Assembly: GCA_043822705.1 (NCBI GenBank)
Contig: JBDRBK010000017.1
Span: forward strand, 1 to 22,485
Source: Fidelibacterota bacterium
GTDB lineage: Bacteria; Fidelibacterota; Marinisomatia; Marinisomatales; TCS56
Length of the DNA stretch: 22,485 nucleotides
Reading direction: 5' to 3'
The notes beneath the pieces were generated by a model. It made no database searches. It worked only from the letters and a program-made list of their open reading frames with translations, and was not told where the DNA came from. Positions 1 through 9,740 of the stretch are shown here, piece after piece. The position numbers and the translations under genes are program-made. Positions within the stretch are counted from its first letter, which is position 1; every line of letters starts with the position of its first letter.

Positions 1-603
1 CAAAATGAAAGTTGGACAACACCCCAGATTGTTCCCTTCAGCGGGCAAGGTACTGAACCTTACTATGATGATGTGCCGGTTGTATCACCGGATAATACAA
101 AACTATTCTTCTTGTCCAAAAGACCAATCGGGTATGCATCAACAAACCGGGAACATATCTGGTATGTGGAAAGAACATTAACAGGATGGTCAGAACCAAC
201 ACCCTTACCGCAGAATATAAATTCAACTCCGGATATTCACTGGCAAATATCTGTAACAAACGATGGGACATTATATTTTGGCGCGTTTGGCGGATTGTAC
301 TACTCGAGTCTCATCGATGGAGAGTATGCAAATCCAGAACCGTTCCAAATAATTAATGATTTTGGAAATGTAACATGTCCCTTTATGGCTCCTGATGAAT
401 CGTATATTATTTTTTGCAAAATAGTTGAAGGAAGAGGTTCTTTATATATCAGCTTTAATGACATGAATGGACAGTGGCTGCAGCCTCAACCATTAAACAA
501 CATTCCGGAAGTAACGTCATTCGTTTCCCGGGATGGTAAATACCTTTTTGCTTTCTATAATTGGATTTCAGCAGAGATTATTGAAGACCTGAGACCTGAA
601 TAG
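1..603 (+). CDS. TolB-like/PD40 (WD40-like) beta-propeller protein, 5'-partial
   Basis: Frame 1 is open from base 1 (QNESWTTPQIVPFSGQG...). PD40-type repeats: PVVSPDNTKLFFLS, WSEPTPLPQNIN, PFMAPDESYIIF, FVSRDGKYLF. Confidence 0.75.
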   Translation, partial: QNESWTTPQIVPFSGQGTEPYYDDVPVVSPDNTKLFFLSKRPIGYASTNREHIWYVERTLTGWSEPTPLPQNINSTPDIHWQISVTNDGTLYFGAFGGLYYSSLIDGEYANPEPFQIINDFGNVTCPFMAPDESYIIFCKIVEGRGSLYISFNDMNGQWLQPQPLNNIPEVTSFVSRDGKYLFAFYNWISAEIIEDLRPE

Positions 604-662
604 AATAAAGAGTTTATTAAAGCGCAGCAAATTAAAATAATTTGAGCCAAGGAGAAGACGCA

Positions 663-2198
663 ATGTTTGCTATTATTGATAATTATAAAACGTTTTTCAT
701 TGTCTTACTATTGGTATTCATTAGCATGTCCTGTTCGAAAAATCCTGCGGAAATTCAGAATACACCACAGGATAATTTCACTGCAAACAATCTCAGTATA
801 ACAGAAATAATTGTTGGTAGCTCAAACACTACCGGTAAATATCGGATGATAACATTTGACATAAAATGGGAGAATATTTGGACAAGCAGCGCTGCCGATA
901 ATTGGGACGCGGTTTGGGTTTTCATTAAATATAAAGCAGGCAGCGGAGAATGGAAACCTGCGACGCTGGCGACCCTTTCCACAGAACATATAGCGCCTGC
1001 CGAATCTTTCGTAACCCCGTCCTCGGACGGCAAAGGAGTATATATTTACCACGATGGAGATGGAACCGGCGCTCTTAACACCTCAGAGATATCCTTAAAA
1101 TGGAACTACGGACTGGATAACGTCGATGATGATGCTGTTGTAAATATAAAAGTTTTTGGAATAGAGATGGTCTATATTCCCGAAGGCAGTTTTTATGCCG
1201 GAGATAACGGATATAGTTTAGCGTCATTCACAAAAGGCTCAGACGATAACCGGCCTTGGTTCATTACCAGCGAAAACGCTATCGAAGTAACGAATACGGC
1301 ATCCAATGGTTATTATTATAAGTCCTCAAAGGATTATTGGAATGAAACGTGGAATGCCAGTGAAGACGTATCAGGCACAGCATTTACTATTCCAGCCGAT
1401 TTCCCAAAGGGGTATCGAGCAATATATTGTATGAAATATGAACTGACTCAACAGCAATATGCAGATTTTTTAAATACGTTAAATAGCACGCAATCTTTAA
1501 ATAGATACGATAGAGCTAATTTTAACAGGTTTGGATACACAATATCAGAAAATAATGGAGTGTATTCAACAGCTCACCCGGATAGGGCCTGTGGTTTTTT
1601 AAGTCCCGCAGATGGATTCGCTTATGCCGACTGGGCTGGAATAAGACCAATGAGCGAATTAGAGTTTGAAAAGATCTGCCGGGGAAGCGGCAACCCGGCG
1701 ATCAGCGGAGAATTCGCATGGGGAACAACGAATGCTAAAAACGCCCTATCGGTTAATGGAACGGAGAGCGATAGGGAATATATAACGACAAATGGAGCAA
1801 ATAGTTATTATCTGGAGTCCAATTTTCAACCTCAGTTTCCTTTGCTTGTCGGTATATTTGCCGGGCCGGGAAAATCGAGAGAACAAAACGGCGCTGCATA
1901 TTACGGTGTTATGGAAATGAGTACAAATTTAAGCGAAACATGCGTTTCTATTGGAAATGAATATGGAAGAGTATTTACATATCGAAACGGGGATGGTCAA
2001 TTGGCTGCGGATGGTTTTACAGATGAAAGTGACTGGCCGCTTAGCAATGGGATAGGCACTGGTTACCGGGGGGGCTGTTTTGGAAGAGAGAAGTATTTTA
2101 TGCAAGTCTCGAATCGCGAGGATGCTACTGTAGCTATAGATACAGATCACAGACATATCCCATTGGGTTTTCGAGGCGTCCGGACTGTATTGTTTTAG
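663..2198 (+). CDS. Lipoprotein with C-terminal FGE-sulfatase (SUMF1-like) domain
   Basis: ATG at 663 after GGAG. Hydrophobic signal then SMSC lipobox. FGE-type motifs EMVYIPEGSF, MKYELTQQQYADFLN, RPMSELEFEK, YGVMEMSTNLSE, GFRGVR. Confidence 0.8.
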   Translation: MFAIIDNYKTFFIVLLLVFISMSCSKNPAEIQNTPQDNFTANNLSITEIIVGSSNTTGKYRMITFDIKWENIWTSSAADNWDAVWVFIKYKAGSGEWKPATLATLSTEHIAPAESFVTPSSDGKGVYIYHDGDGTGALNTSEISLKWNYGLDNVDDDAVVNIKVFGIEMVYIPEGSFYAGDNGYSLASFTKGSDDNRPWFITSENAIEVTNTASNGYYYKSSKDYWNETWNASEDVSGTAFTIPADFPKGYRAIYCMKYELTQQQYADFLNTLNSTQSLNRYDRANFNRFGYTISENNGVYSTAHPDRACGFLSPADGFAYADWAGIRPMSELEFEKICRGSGNPAISGEFAWGTTNAKNALSVNGTESDREYITTNGANSYYLESNFQPQFPLLVGIFAGPGKSREQNGAAYYGVMEMSTNLSETCVSIGNEYGRVFTYRNGDGQLAADGFTDESDWPLSNGIGTGYRGGCFGREKYFMQVSNREDATVAIDTDHRHIPLGFRGVRTVLF

Positions 2199-2957
2199 TA
2201 GTCGAAACTTTGCTATCTGAAAATGGAGGAAATAATATATCCAAAATATTAGTCATTGGGGTAATTCCACTGGTAATTATTCATACTTTTGGTCGTCAAC
2301 GCAAAGATTCAGTCATGAAGACTGGGACTGGAAGTTTTTTTATAGAAATTCAGAAAATGTATGTGGCGGTGGCCAGAAGTATTTGGGGCAATCGATTCGC
2401 TGAATTAAAGATAATTAATAGCGCTAACTATTGTATGGAGATAATGGTTTGTGTTGTTCGACAAATTTTTAGTTTGGCGAGTTTTCAGAATATTATCGAG
2501 AAGTGAAAGCGAATCACTTCGAAAATCGCCATATCTCATACCTTGCCCGTTAATTAAATCCAAGAGTCTTTACAATGCATCAGGCCGTCTGCATTACAAG
2601 CTGAATAATCATTCCACTAAATGCTTAACCGGTTTCAGCTTTCCATCAAGCCGTTTGACAGAAGATTAAGATGCTTTTTCAATTCACGGAAATAATCGGC
2701 AGGATCAGTCCGGTTGTTCGGCAATCCGGTCAAATCATATAGGTGGATGTATAAATGGCTTGCCGGTTATCGCGAAGGAGTATTCAAAACCGGAAAATGA
2801 TTTTTTCAGTTACCAGAATCATTGCCGCATATACTTAAATTTCTAAATATAATATGAAAATGATATTACCATGCGGTCGTTTGATGACACTGACTGATTG
2901 ACCGACTGTCACACAATATGCAGCAATAAACCGCGCTCAGAAAAGGCCCTCCCCTAA

Positions 2958-2994
2958 AAAAGAAAAGTCCTCCGGTTGGTGGGCTTTTTCTTTT
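2958..2994. terminator. Putative intrinsic terminator-like hairpin
   Basis: AAAAGAAAAGTCC...GGGCTTTTTCTTTT imperfect inverted repeat with A- and T-tracts. Confidence 0.45.
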
Positions 2995-3232
2995 GTGCAA
3001 ATACATCTTCTACAAATAGCAGGCAATTATTGTTTTGCAGGCGAAGTTGGAACCCGCACTGGGAAGGAGTGGTCATCATTACATTAAGAGTTTTATCGAT
3101 TTGCTATGACCGGTAATGTTATCAGCGATTAGAATCTTATCGGTCATTGATAATATTCCGGTTGCATTAGTTAAATACAATGCTTAGACTTAGATTAACG
3201 GAGGGATACATTAAATGTGCAGAGGATTTTTT

Positions 3233-3315
3233 CCGACCGAGTTTCTCACATATAGGCTGTTACTCCACCGGGAGTCACTAAGTGCTCCAAGACGGATAAG
3301 CTTAAGCCAGAAGGG
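3233..3315 (-). mobile_element. Putative orphan IS110-family left-end non-coding region (no transposase follows)
   Basis: Minus strand reads TTGGAGCACTTAGTGACTCCCGGTGGAGTAACAGCCTATATGTGAGAAACTCGGTCGG, with a hairpin at 3271-3288. Resemblance to IS110 upstream ends is from memory and unverified. Confidence 0.4.
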
Positions 3316-3336
3316 ATAGTGTAATTAGATAATTGT

Positions 3337-4674
3337 ATGTATAAGATAATTAATATTCTGGCAATAGTTTTAATGATAGTGATCAATTCATGCCAAGATT
3401 CGACTGGTCCTAAAATAGAAGATGATGATTTGTACCTTGTTAAAATTTATGACCTGCAAATACCAGAAGAAATATTAGATCAGGAACCTTTTGAGATTGC
3501 ATTCTCAGCTTATATTGGTGATAATAATTGTTATTCCTTTTTTGAAATAGATACTATATGTGATCCTGGCAAAATCGATATTTATATTTGGGGAAAATAC
3601 GATTCGACATCCACCTGCACAACCGCGTCACAAATAATCGAAGATCAAATATTAACATTTAAACCACCTTTTACAAATCCTTTGATAATCAATTTTTACC
3701 AGCCGGATGACACAATTATCACAGATACAATTAATGTTCTATATATGTCTCAAGATCCAGATTGGATAAACTACACAAAGAACTCAAGCGTAATACCAAG
3801 CAATAATATTTATGCTTTGGCAATTGATTTGGATGATAATCTCTGGGTTGGAACAGAGGATTATGCGACCGGTATATTTAGATTTGATGGGATTGAGATT
3901 TTGGATTTTTCTGATCGAAGATTCGAACTAAACCAATACTATGTTGAATCAATTACTGTCGACAGGCATGGTAATATTTGGGTAGGATCATTCCTTCCTC
4001 CGGAAATTTCAAAATATGACGGCTCAGATTGGCAGGTATTTAATTTTAACCCTGAGATAGATCATGATGATGTGCACGCACTTGTTGTTGATCTAGACAA
4101 TAATTTATGGATTGGAACCCATCATTCTCATCTTTACCGTTTTGATGGCAATACCTTCACAGAAATTGACACAGTTAATTCAATTTATTCTGGATACATC
4201 GAGGCCTTAGATATTGACTCACAAAACAATCTTTGGTTTGGTTATTATCTTTGTACGGTTGGTAAGTATAACGACGATGAATTATTAATATTCAACGATT
4301 CCGATTTAGGCCTCTCGCAATATTACAATTTTATCAATGATTTGAAAATTGACAGCCACGACAGAGTTTTTATAACCACAAGCGGTAAGGGCCTATTGGT
4401 ATTTAATAATGATACTTGGGCTAATTATGACATGTCTAACTCAAATATCCCTACAAATAATTTGTATGATTTATGTATTGATTCTCAAGATAACATTTGG
4501 GTAGCTTCTGGGGTAGGATTATTAAAATTTGATGGGATTGAGTGGGTATTATATAATTATGAAAATTCAGGTTTAATAGATAATAGCATAACCTCTTTAG
4601 CTATTGACAGTAATGATCAAATATGGATCGGCAACTATACATACGGCATAACATTATTTAAAAACGGTAATTAA
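3337..4674 (+). CDS. Lipoprotein with two-component-regulator-propeller (Reg_prop) beta-propeller repeats
   Basis: INSC lipobox. Repeated blades IYALAIDLDDNLWVGT, SITVDRHGNIWVGS, ALVVDLDNNLWIGT, SLAIDSNDQIWIGN. Very AT-rich. Confidence 0.85.
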   Translation: MYKIINILAIVLMIVINSCQDSTGPKIEDDDLYLVKIYDLQIPEEILDQEPFEIAFSAYIGDNNCYSFFEIDTICDPGKIDIYIWGKYDSTSTCTTASQIIEDQILTFKPPFTNPLIINFYQPDDTIITDTINVLYMSQDPDWINYTKNSSVIPSNNIYALAIDLDDNLWVGTEDYATGIFRFDGIEILDFSDRRFELNQYYVESITVDRHGNIWVGSFLPPEISKYDGSDWQVFNFNPEIDHDDVHALVVDLDNNLWIGTHHSHLYRFDGNTFTEIDTVNSIYSGYIEALDIDSQNNLWFGYYLCTVGKYNDDELLIFNDSDLGLSQYYNFINDLKIDSHDRVFITTSGKGLLVFNNDTWANYDMSNSNIPTNNLYDLCIDSQDNIWVASGVGLLKFDGIEWVLYNYENSGLIDNSITSLAIDSNDQIWIGNYTYGITLFKNGN

Positions 4675-4927
4675 TTTCTCATTAAACGTGTATTCCTTCT
4701 AACAACCACTATACCGGTGCTTTTTGGGCTTGGAAACTGGAGATTGTTAACTGGAAATTTTAAAATGAATTGCACCGGTCAGGTTAGCCAATAAGCGGCT
4801 GACGGCATCATACATCTGCAATTTTAGCATCGGATTGAGAGACATTATATCTGGCTACTGGTGAGTAACATTAAGTATAATCAGCAGTGATACCTGATTG
4901 GTAAGTTTGAATCAAGAATCGGAAATC

Positions 4928-5611
4928 ATGAAACACAAAGTTAAAACACAGGTATTTTGGTTGACAGCAGGGCTGAGCGTCGGGCTGTCGTTTATGGGCG
5001 CATTGCGGCTGTCGACCGTCAAGCCTAATGCACTCACGCCCCTGGCAGGATATGCCACACCGGGGTATGTAATAATAACGGTCTTTTTCACGATATTGCT
5101 GGTACGGGCAGGATTACCCCACAATAAATTTGGCTTTGGAGCACAACCTGTCCTCCGCCAGATCATTCTGGCAATAGCGGCAATTATTGTGCTGCGCGTT
5201 TTCGCTGTGGCACTGAATCCGTTGCTCGAAGATATTCTTGGTGGTGGGCGTAACCTGGAACGCTTTTCGAATGTGGAGGGTTCGGCAGCGGCACTGGTGA
5301 TGCTATTGATGACAAATTGGACCCTGGCAGCATTCGGTGAAGAATTTGCTTACCGGATAGTCCTGATGCGGGGAATCTCTTTCTTATTTGATGATTCCCG
5401 CAACGGCCAAATTATCGCGCTGGTGTTACAGGCGCTGATGTTCGGTTTAATCCATGCCTATCAGGGACCTGCGGGAATCGTCGGCGCGACATTCAGCGGG
5501 CTGGTCTACGGTGCGGTTATAATTGCCGGGCGCTGGTCGATTTGGCCGGCAGCCCTGGCTCATGGCACTAACAACACTTTTGGTATTATCGCACTCTATC
5601 TTGGGCAATAA
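4928..5611 (+). CDS. CPBP family intramembrane glutamic endopeptidase (CAAX protease/Abi family)
   Basis: Multiple TM segments. Motifs EEFAYR (EExxxR), FGLIH (FxxxH) and AHGTNN (HxxxN). Confidence 0.9.
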   Translation: MKHKVKTQVFWLTAGLSVGLSFMGALRLSTVKPNALTPLAGYATPGYVIITVFFTILLVRAGLPHNKFGFGAQPVLRQIILAIAAIIVLRVFAVALNPLLEDILGGGRNLERFSNVEGSAAALVMLLMTNWTLAAFGEEFAYRIVLMRGISFLFDDSRNGQIIALVLQALMFGLIHAYQGPAGIVGATFSGLVYGAVIIAGRWSIWPAALAHGTNNTFGIIALYLGQ

Positions 5612-5806
5612 TGAACGTCCATCTATGCAATCAATGAACTGTGCCACATTAACTTGATTTGGCTCAATATGCAAATATCTGGGCGGACTCACAGGACAAA
5701 ACCGCCGCCGCCTACAACTGTGCTACGAGTTCTCAAAATTATTATTCGCCGGCGTGGCTAATTGACTGGACATCAACCACTTTAATTCAAGTTTGCAGAT
5801 ACAATT

Positions 5807-6298
5807 ATGAATATTAGAGACGCAACACCACTGGATCTGGCCACGATCGCAATTCTGGTCAGTGAGTCGAATAAGGATGTTGCGGTAAAATTCGGCCTGA
5901 ACGCCGACAACTGCCCGAAGCATCCGTCCTTCTGTACTGATGACTGGATCAGAGCCGATCTGGCGCACGGTGTGCGTTACTTCATCCTTGAAGAGAATAC
6001 AAAACCCGTTGCCTGTATCGCCTATGAAATACCAAGCCCAGGGCTGGCGTATTTGAATCGCCTGTCAGTTCTCCCGCCATATCGCAACCGCGGAATCGGG
6101 GCGCGCCTGGTTCGGCATATCGTTCAACTCGCCCGGACGGACGACATTCATACCATCAGCATTGGGATCATCGGCGAGCATGTTGATCTCCAACGCTGGT
6201 ACATAAAGCTTGGTTTTCGCAACGGTGAAACCAAACGTTTTCCGCACCTGCCGTTCTCGGTGATCTATATGTACTACACCATCGCCGACAACCAGTGA
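5807..6298 (+). CDS. GNAT family N-acetyltransferase
   Basis: MNIRDAT start, acetyl-CoA motif LSVLPPYRNRGIGARL, WYIKLGF. Confidence 0.9.
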   Translation: MNIRDATPLDLATIAILVSESNKDVAVKFGLNADNCPKHPSFCTDDWIRADLAHGVRYFILEENTKPVACIAYEIPSPGLAYLNRLSVLPPYRNRGIGARLVRHIVQLARTDDIHTISIGIIGEHVDLQRWYIKLGFRNGETKRFPHLPFSVIYMYYTIADNQ

Positions 6299-6409
6299 TA
6301 ACATTTACCAAATGCCAACTGACTCCGGCCACCGTTCCAGGCTATAAGTCTGTCACTTGATAATCGCGCAAGCGATTGGTTTTACGGGTAATTTGTGCGA
6401 ATTTCGACT

Positions 6410-6841
6410 ATGAAAATCGACGTCCGTAAAGTCAATACCACTATCGAAAAGGACCAGGCCCTGGCGCTCCGCCGGGAGGTATTCATTATCGAGCAGCAGG
6501 TACCGGAAGCGATTGAGATCGATGAATTCGAAGACAGCGCCCGGCATGTGCTGGCGCTGGTGGACGACCGACCGGCCGGGACAGCCCGTTGGCGCAGCAC
6601 CGCGGAGGGGATTAAGCTGGAACGGTTCGCCGTTAAAAAAGAATTTCGCTTCCAGGGCGTCGGTTCGGCACTGGTCAATTATCTGCTGGAACAGATGCCG
6701 GATGAAAATTTATTCCTGCTGCATGCTCAGGTATCGGTAATGCCATTCTATGCGAAATTTGGTTTCCGGCCGGTTGGGGAAATATTCCATGAGGCTTCTA
6801 TCCCCCACCGGAAAATGATTTTTAATCGGATGGTAAAATAA
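6410..6841 (+). CDS. GNAT family N-acetyltransferase (ElaA/YjcF-like)
   Basis: LRREVFIIEQQVP, ERFAVKKEFRFQGVG, LHAQ, FYAKFGF, EASIPHRKM. Confidence 0.9.
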   Translation: MKIDVRKVNTTIEKDQALALRREVFIIEQQVPEAIEIDEFEDSARHVLALVDDRPAGTARWRSTAEGIKLERFAVKKEFRFQGVGSALVNYLLEQMPDENLFLLHAQVSVMPFYAKFGFRPVGEIFHEASIPHRKMIFNRMVK

Positions 6842-6869
6842 AAAAGCCCGCACCAGGCGGGCTTTTTTT
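6840..6869. terminator. Bidirectional intrinsic terminator between convergent GNAT and porin genes
   Basis: AAAAAAGCCCGC-ACCAG-GCGGGCTTTTTTT: GC stem flanked by A- and T-tracts. Confidence 0.9.
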
Positions 6870-6885
6870 CCGATCATAACTCTTT

Positions 6886-7980
6886 TTAATGTAAATACAT
6901 CTGCCACATGAAATGGATCGTCAGCGGATCGACCGGATCCGATCCCTGGGCGGTTTTATAAGTCAGGCCCAGTTTGAACAGGGTGTCCATCCAGTGCTCC
7001 GGATCGGGAGCATAATTCAGGCCGAGCGAAATATTGGCCACGGCATCGTCATCGGCGTCGGTATTAACGTCCCAGGTTTCATAACGGCCGCCGACTTCAA
7101 TTTTATCGCAGATTTTGTACGCTCCCAACAGGGCAATGCCCGACTGGGTGATATCGGTGGCAGCGTCAGCGACGCGGGCGAAATCGATCTTGCCGCGGAT
7201 ACCGCCCTTCTGATAAACCTTGGGCGTGTAATAGGCGAATCCGGTCCAGGAAGATTTGTTGATCCGGTCTTCGTTGGCCGGACCGAAATGCAGACCGGTA
7301 CTGATCGCATCGCCCAGTTTCATTTCACCCATGAAATCCAGTTGCGGCAGCGTACCGGTATCGGTTCCGGAGCCACTGGAGGATGAATTATAGGGTTTGA
7401 AGTTCAGACTGCCGCTGCCGTTGTGGGCGGTTACCTCATATTTAAATTGGCTGATTTTACCCGCCACTGACATCCCGTAGGTCCGGTAATCGGAACGTCC
7501 TAGGGCACTGGCCCAGTTGCGGGCGACAATCGAGCGCTCGATAAAATCGATACTGGTGTGTCCGGTCCGGCCGCCGGCCTGCGAACCGGCACCGATGAAG
7601 CGCCCCATGCTCAGTTTCAGATTGTCGGAGAAATCGTAGTCCAGCCGGGCATCGAGCAACGTCGGCGTTCCGGCGGCTTCGAATTGCACGAAAGCGGTGG
7701 CCGGACCGTGACTCATCTTGCCCCGCAGCCGGGCACGGCGGATACCAAATCCCAGTTGAGTCGATTTGTAGGCGTCGACCGTACCGGCAGGGATCGTATA
7801 GATGGCGCCGGTGCTGGTATTGAAGGCATAGGATTGGGCCGTTGTCACCGCAGGATGGTCGTAGGTCGTGTATGATCCCCAGGATTGGAGACTGAACTGG
7901 AACGCAGCCTGGGCCGGCAACGCCCCCACCACTACCAGGCTCAGAATAATCAGAATGATTACATTGTATTGTTTTTTCAT
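6886..7980 (-). CDS. Outer-membrane porin, OprO/OprP (phosphate-selective porin)-like
   Basis: Signal peptide (..LPAQA). FGIRRARLRG, LLDARLDY, IDFIERS and GRYE motifs typical of Porin_O_P-like barrels. Amphipathic C-terminal strand. Confidence 0.75.
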   Translation of the reverse strand: MKKQYNVIILIILSLVVVGALPAQAAFQFSLQSWGSYTTYDHPAVTTAQSYAFNTSTGAIYTIPAGTVDAYKSTQLGFGIRRARLRGKMSHGPATAFVQFEAAGTPTLLDARLDYDFSDNLKLSMGRFIGAGSQAGGRTGHTSIDFIERSIVARNWASALGRSDYRTYGMSVAGKISQFKYEVTAHNGSGSLNFKPYNSSSSGSGTDTGTLPQLDFMGEMKLGDAISTGLHFGPANEDRINKSSWTGFAYYTPKVYQKGGIRGKIDFARVADAATDITQSGIALLGAYKICDKIEVGGRYETWDVNTDADDDAVANISLGLNYAPDPEHWMDTLFKLGLTYKTAQGSDPVDPLTIHFMWQMYLH

Positions 7981-7982
7981 TT

Positions 7983-9266
7983 TTAGGCCACTCTTTTAAC
8001 TTGATTACGTTCGAATTTCCAGACATAAATCAACATGAATGCTGCAAAAATAGCGCCAAATATCCAGAAGTAGAAAGCGGCGTCCCAACTGTACTTTTCA
8101 ATCAGAAATCCGGTGCCCACACCGGTGAGGCTGGCGCCCACATAGCCCATGGCATCGATGAAACCAGTGACCGATGAAGCAGCTTTGCGGGAACCCAGGT
8201 CGGCGGGCAAAGCACCTACGATCAGCACGTGGGGACCGAAGGTAAGGAAACCGATAAACAGCAGCAGTATCAGGCTGATCACCCAGTTTTCACCTGGTAC
8301 GATCCGATAGAGGTAGCAGAACACCGCCAGCAGCAACAGCATGATAACGGCCACCGGGGCGCGCCGGTTTTGAAACAACTTGTCCGAAGCCCAACCAGCG
8401 ACAATGGCACCCAGTCCACCAGCCACCGGGAAGGCCACCGCCTTGTACGCGGCCAGGGAAATAGTAGCACCCTGTTCCTCGAACATATAGGTGGGCGCCC
8501 AGCTCATAAATCCGTAGCGCACGATATTCAGGCCAAACAGACCGAAGGCGGCAAACCAGATATAGGGATTGCCCAGGGTGATTTTCAGCGTCTCTTTGAA
8601 ACCGATATGTTCGTCGGCAATGGCTTCGGTTCGGGCGATGCCCTGTTCCTGTTCTTCCAGACTGGGCAGACCGATTTCCTCCGGCGCATTGCGGGCCCGC
8701 AGGTACCAGTGAATGGCCAGTCCGGCCATGATCAGCGAAGGCAGCCAGAAGGTGAAGCGCCAGTTGAAATATTTGATGATCGTCCCCGCCAGCACCCACG
8801 AGAGCGCCCCGCCCAGGATGTAACTGGTGCCCAGCCGTCCGGATATTTTTCCTCTGACCTTGTGAGGGAACCAGTTGGCCATGGCCTTGACGGTCGGTCC
8901 CCAGCCCATTGATTGAAAATAACCATTCAATCCCCAGATCACAACCATCAGGCCGATAATGCCGCCGGTGAAACCGAAAAAGATATTCAACACGGCCGAT
9001 GTGAGCAGGCCGACGGTGATGATCCGACGGGAATTCAGTTTATCGCCCAACTGGCCGTTCACAAACTGCCCGATTGCATACATGGCAAACAAGGCACTCA
9101 GGACAACACCCAGGTTGGTTTTGGTCAGATTGAATTCTTCCATGATGGAAGGTAACGCCACGGAAATATTCACCCGTCCCAGATAGAAGGCGGCATAGGT
9201 GACCCACATGAGCCAAAACATTTTCTTTTGCCACTGCGCTATCCGCGGTTTAATTGAATCATTCAT
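7983..9266 (-). CDS. MFS transporter, organophosphate:Pi antiporter family (GlpT/UhpC/PgtP-like)
   Basis: YAAFYLGRVNIS, GQFVNGQLGDK, NGYFQSMGW, NWFPHKVRG, RYGFMSWAPTY, GWASDKLFQNRRAP, GFIDAMGYVG. About 12 TM segments. Start could be ATG 9266 or TTG 9305. Confidence 0.9.
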   Translation of the reverse strand: MNDSIKPRIAQWQKKMFWLMWVTYAAFYLGRVNISVALPSIMEEFNLTKTNLGVVLSALFAMYAIGQFVNGQLGDKLNSRRIITVGLLTSAVLNIFFGFTGGIIGLMVVIWGLNGYFQSMGWGPTVKAMANWFPHKVRGKISGRLGTSYILGGALSWVLAGTIIKYFNWRFTFWLPSLIMAGLAIHWYLRARNAPEEIGLPSLEEQEQGIARTEAIADEHIGFKETLKITLGNPYIWFAAFGLFGLNIVRYGFMSWAPTYMFEEQGATISLAAYKAVAFPVAGGLGAIVAGWASDKLFQNRRAPVAVIMLLLLAVFCYLYRIVPGENWVISLILLLFIGFLTFGPHVLIVGALPADLGSRKAASSVTGFIDAMGYVGASLTGVGTGFLIEKYSWDAAFYFWIFGAIFAAFMLIYVWKFERNQVKRVA

Positions 9267-9321
9267 GGTAATGTCTCGATCTTTTTTTGATAATTGTATT
9301 TTCAAATTTAACGTCGGGGGC

Positions 9322-9738
9322 TTACTTGTGGTTTTTTACCCGGTCCTTTATCCCCGTGGACGACTGCGGCGGGTAATAGGGTATAACGATCACCCGCCCA
9401 TTCAGGCTGTTCATCACTTCATGGGCCTCCTGGATGGCTTCGTCGCTGTGGCTGGAACTTTCCATGAGGATGTCCGGCCGGATCTTTTTAACATTGGGCA
9501 GCGGCGAATAGGTTTCCTGGGGTACTACCAGGTCCACATATTTGATGGCCGCGGCCAGGTCCATTCTTTCTTCAAAGGACAGCACCGGCCGGGCTTTCTT
9601 CTCCATGACCGCCTCATCGGTAAGAATGCCCACGATGAGTTTTCCATCCTCGCCGGCGATCGCCTTGGCATTTTTCATCATCAGTAAATGTCCCTTATGG
9701 ACGATATCCAGTACGTAGTAGGAATAAACGACTTTCAT
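9322..9738 (-). CDS. HxGH-type cytidylyltransferase (TagD-like; resembles the domain often fused to PEP mutase)
   Basis: ATG at 9738 after GGAG. MKVVYSYYVLDIVHKGHL, LIVGILTDEAV, FEER, SSTGIK. Confidence 0.85.
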   Translation of the reverse strand: MKVVYSYYVLDIVHKGHLLMMKNAKAIAGEDGKLIVGILTDEAVMEKKARPVLSFEERMDLAAAIKYVDLVVPQETYSPLPNVKKIRPDILMESSSHSDEAIQEAHEVMNSLNGRVIVIPYYPPQSSTGIKDRVKNHK

Positions 9739-9740
9739 TA

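Noticed and set aside
2210..2669. 98-aa and 72-aa plus-strand ORFs
   Set aside because: Non-ATG starts, no recognisable motifs, probably chance ORFs in a non-coding gap.
2634..2768. Minus-strand ~44-codon open stretch (HLYIHLYDLTGLPNNRTDPADYFRELKK...)
   Set aside because: No start codon at its 5' end and no recognisable family, so it cannot be supported as a pseudogene.
6913..9687. Several 100-230 aa ORFs overlapping the porin and MFS genes
   Set aside because: Alternate-frame or antisense ORFs expected in GC-richer coding DNA, with no motifs.
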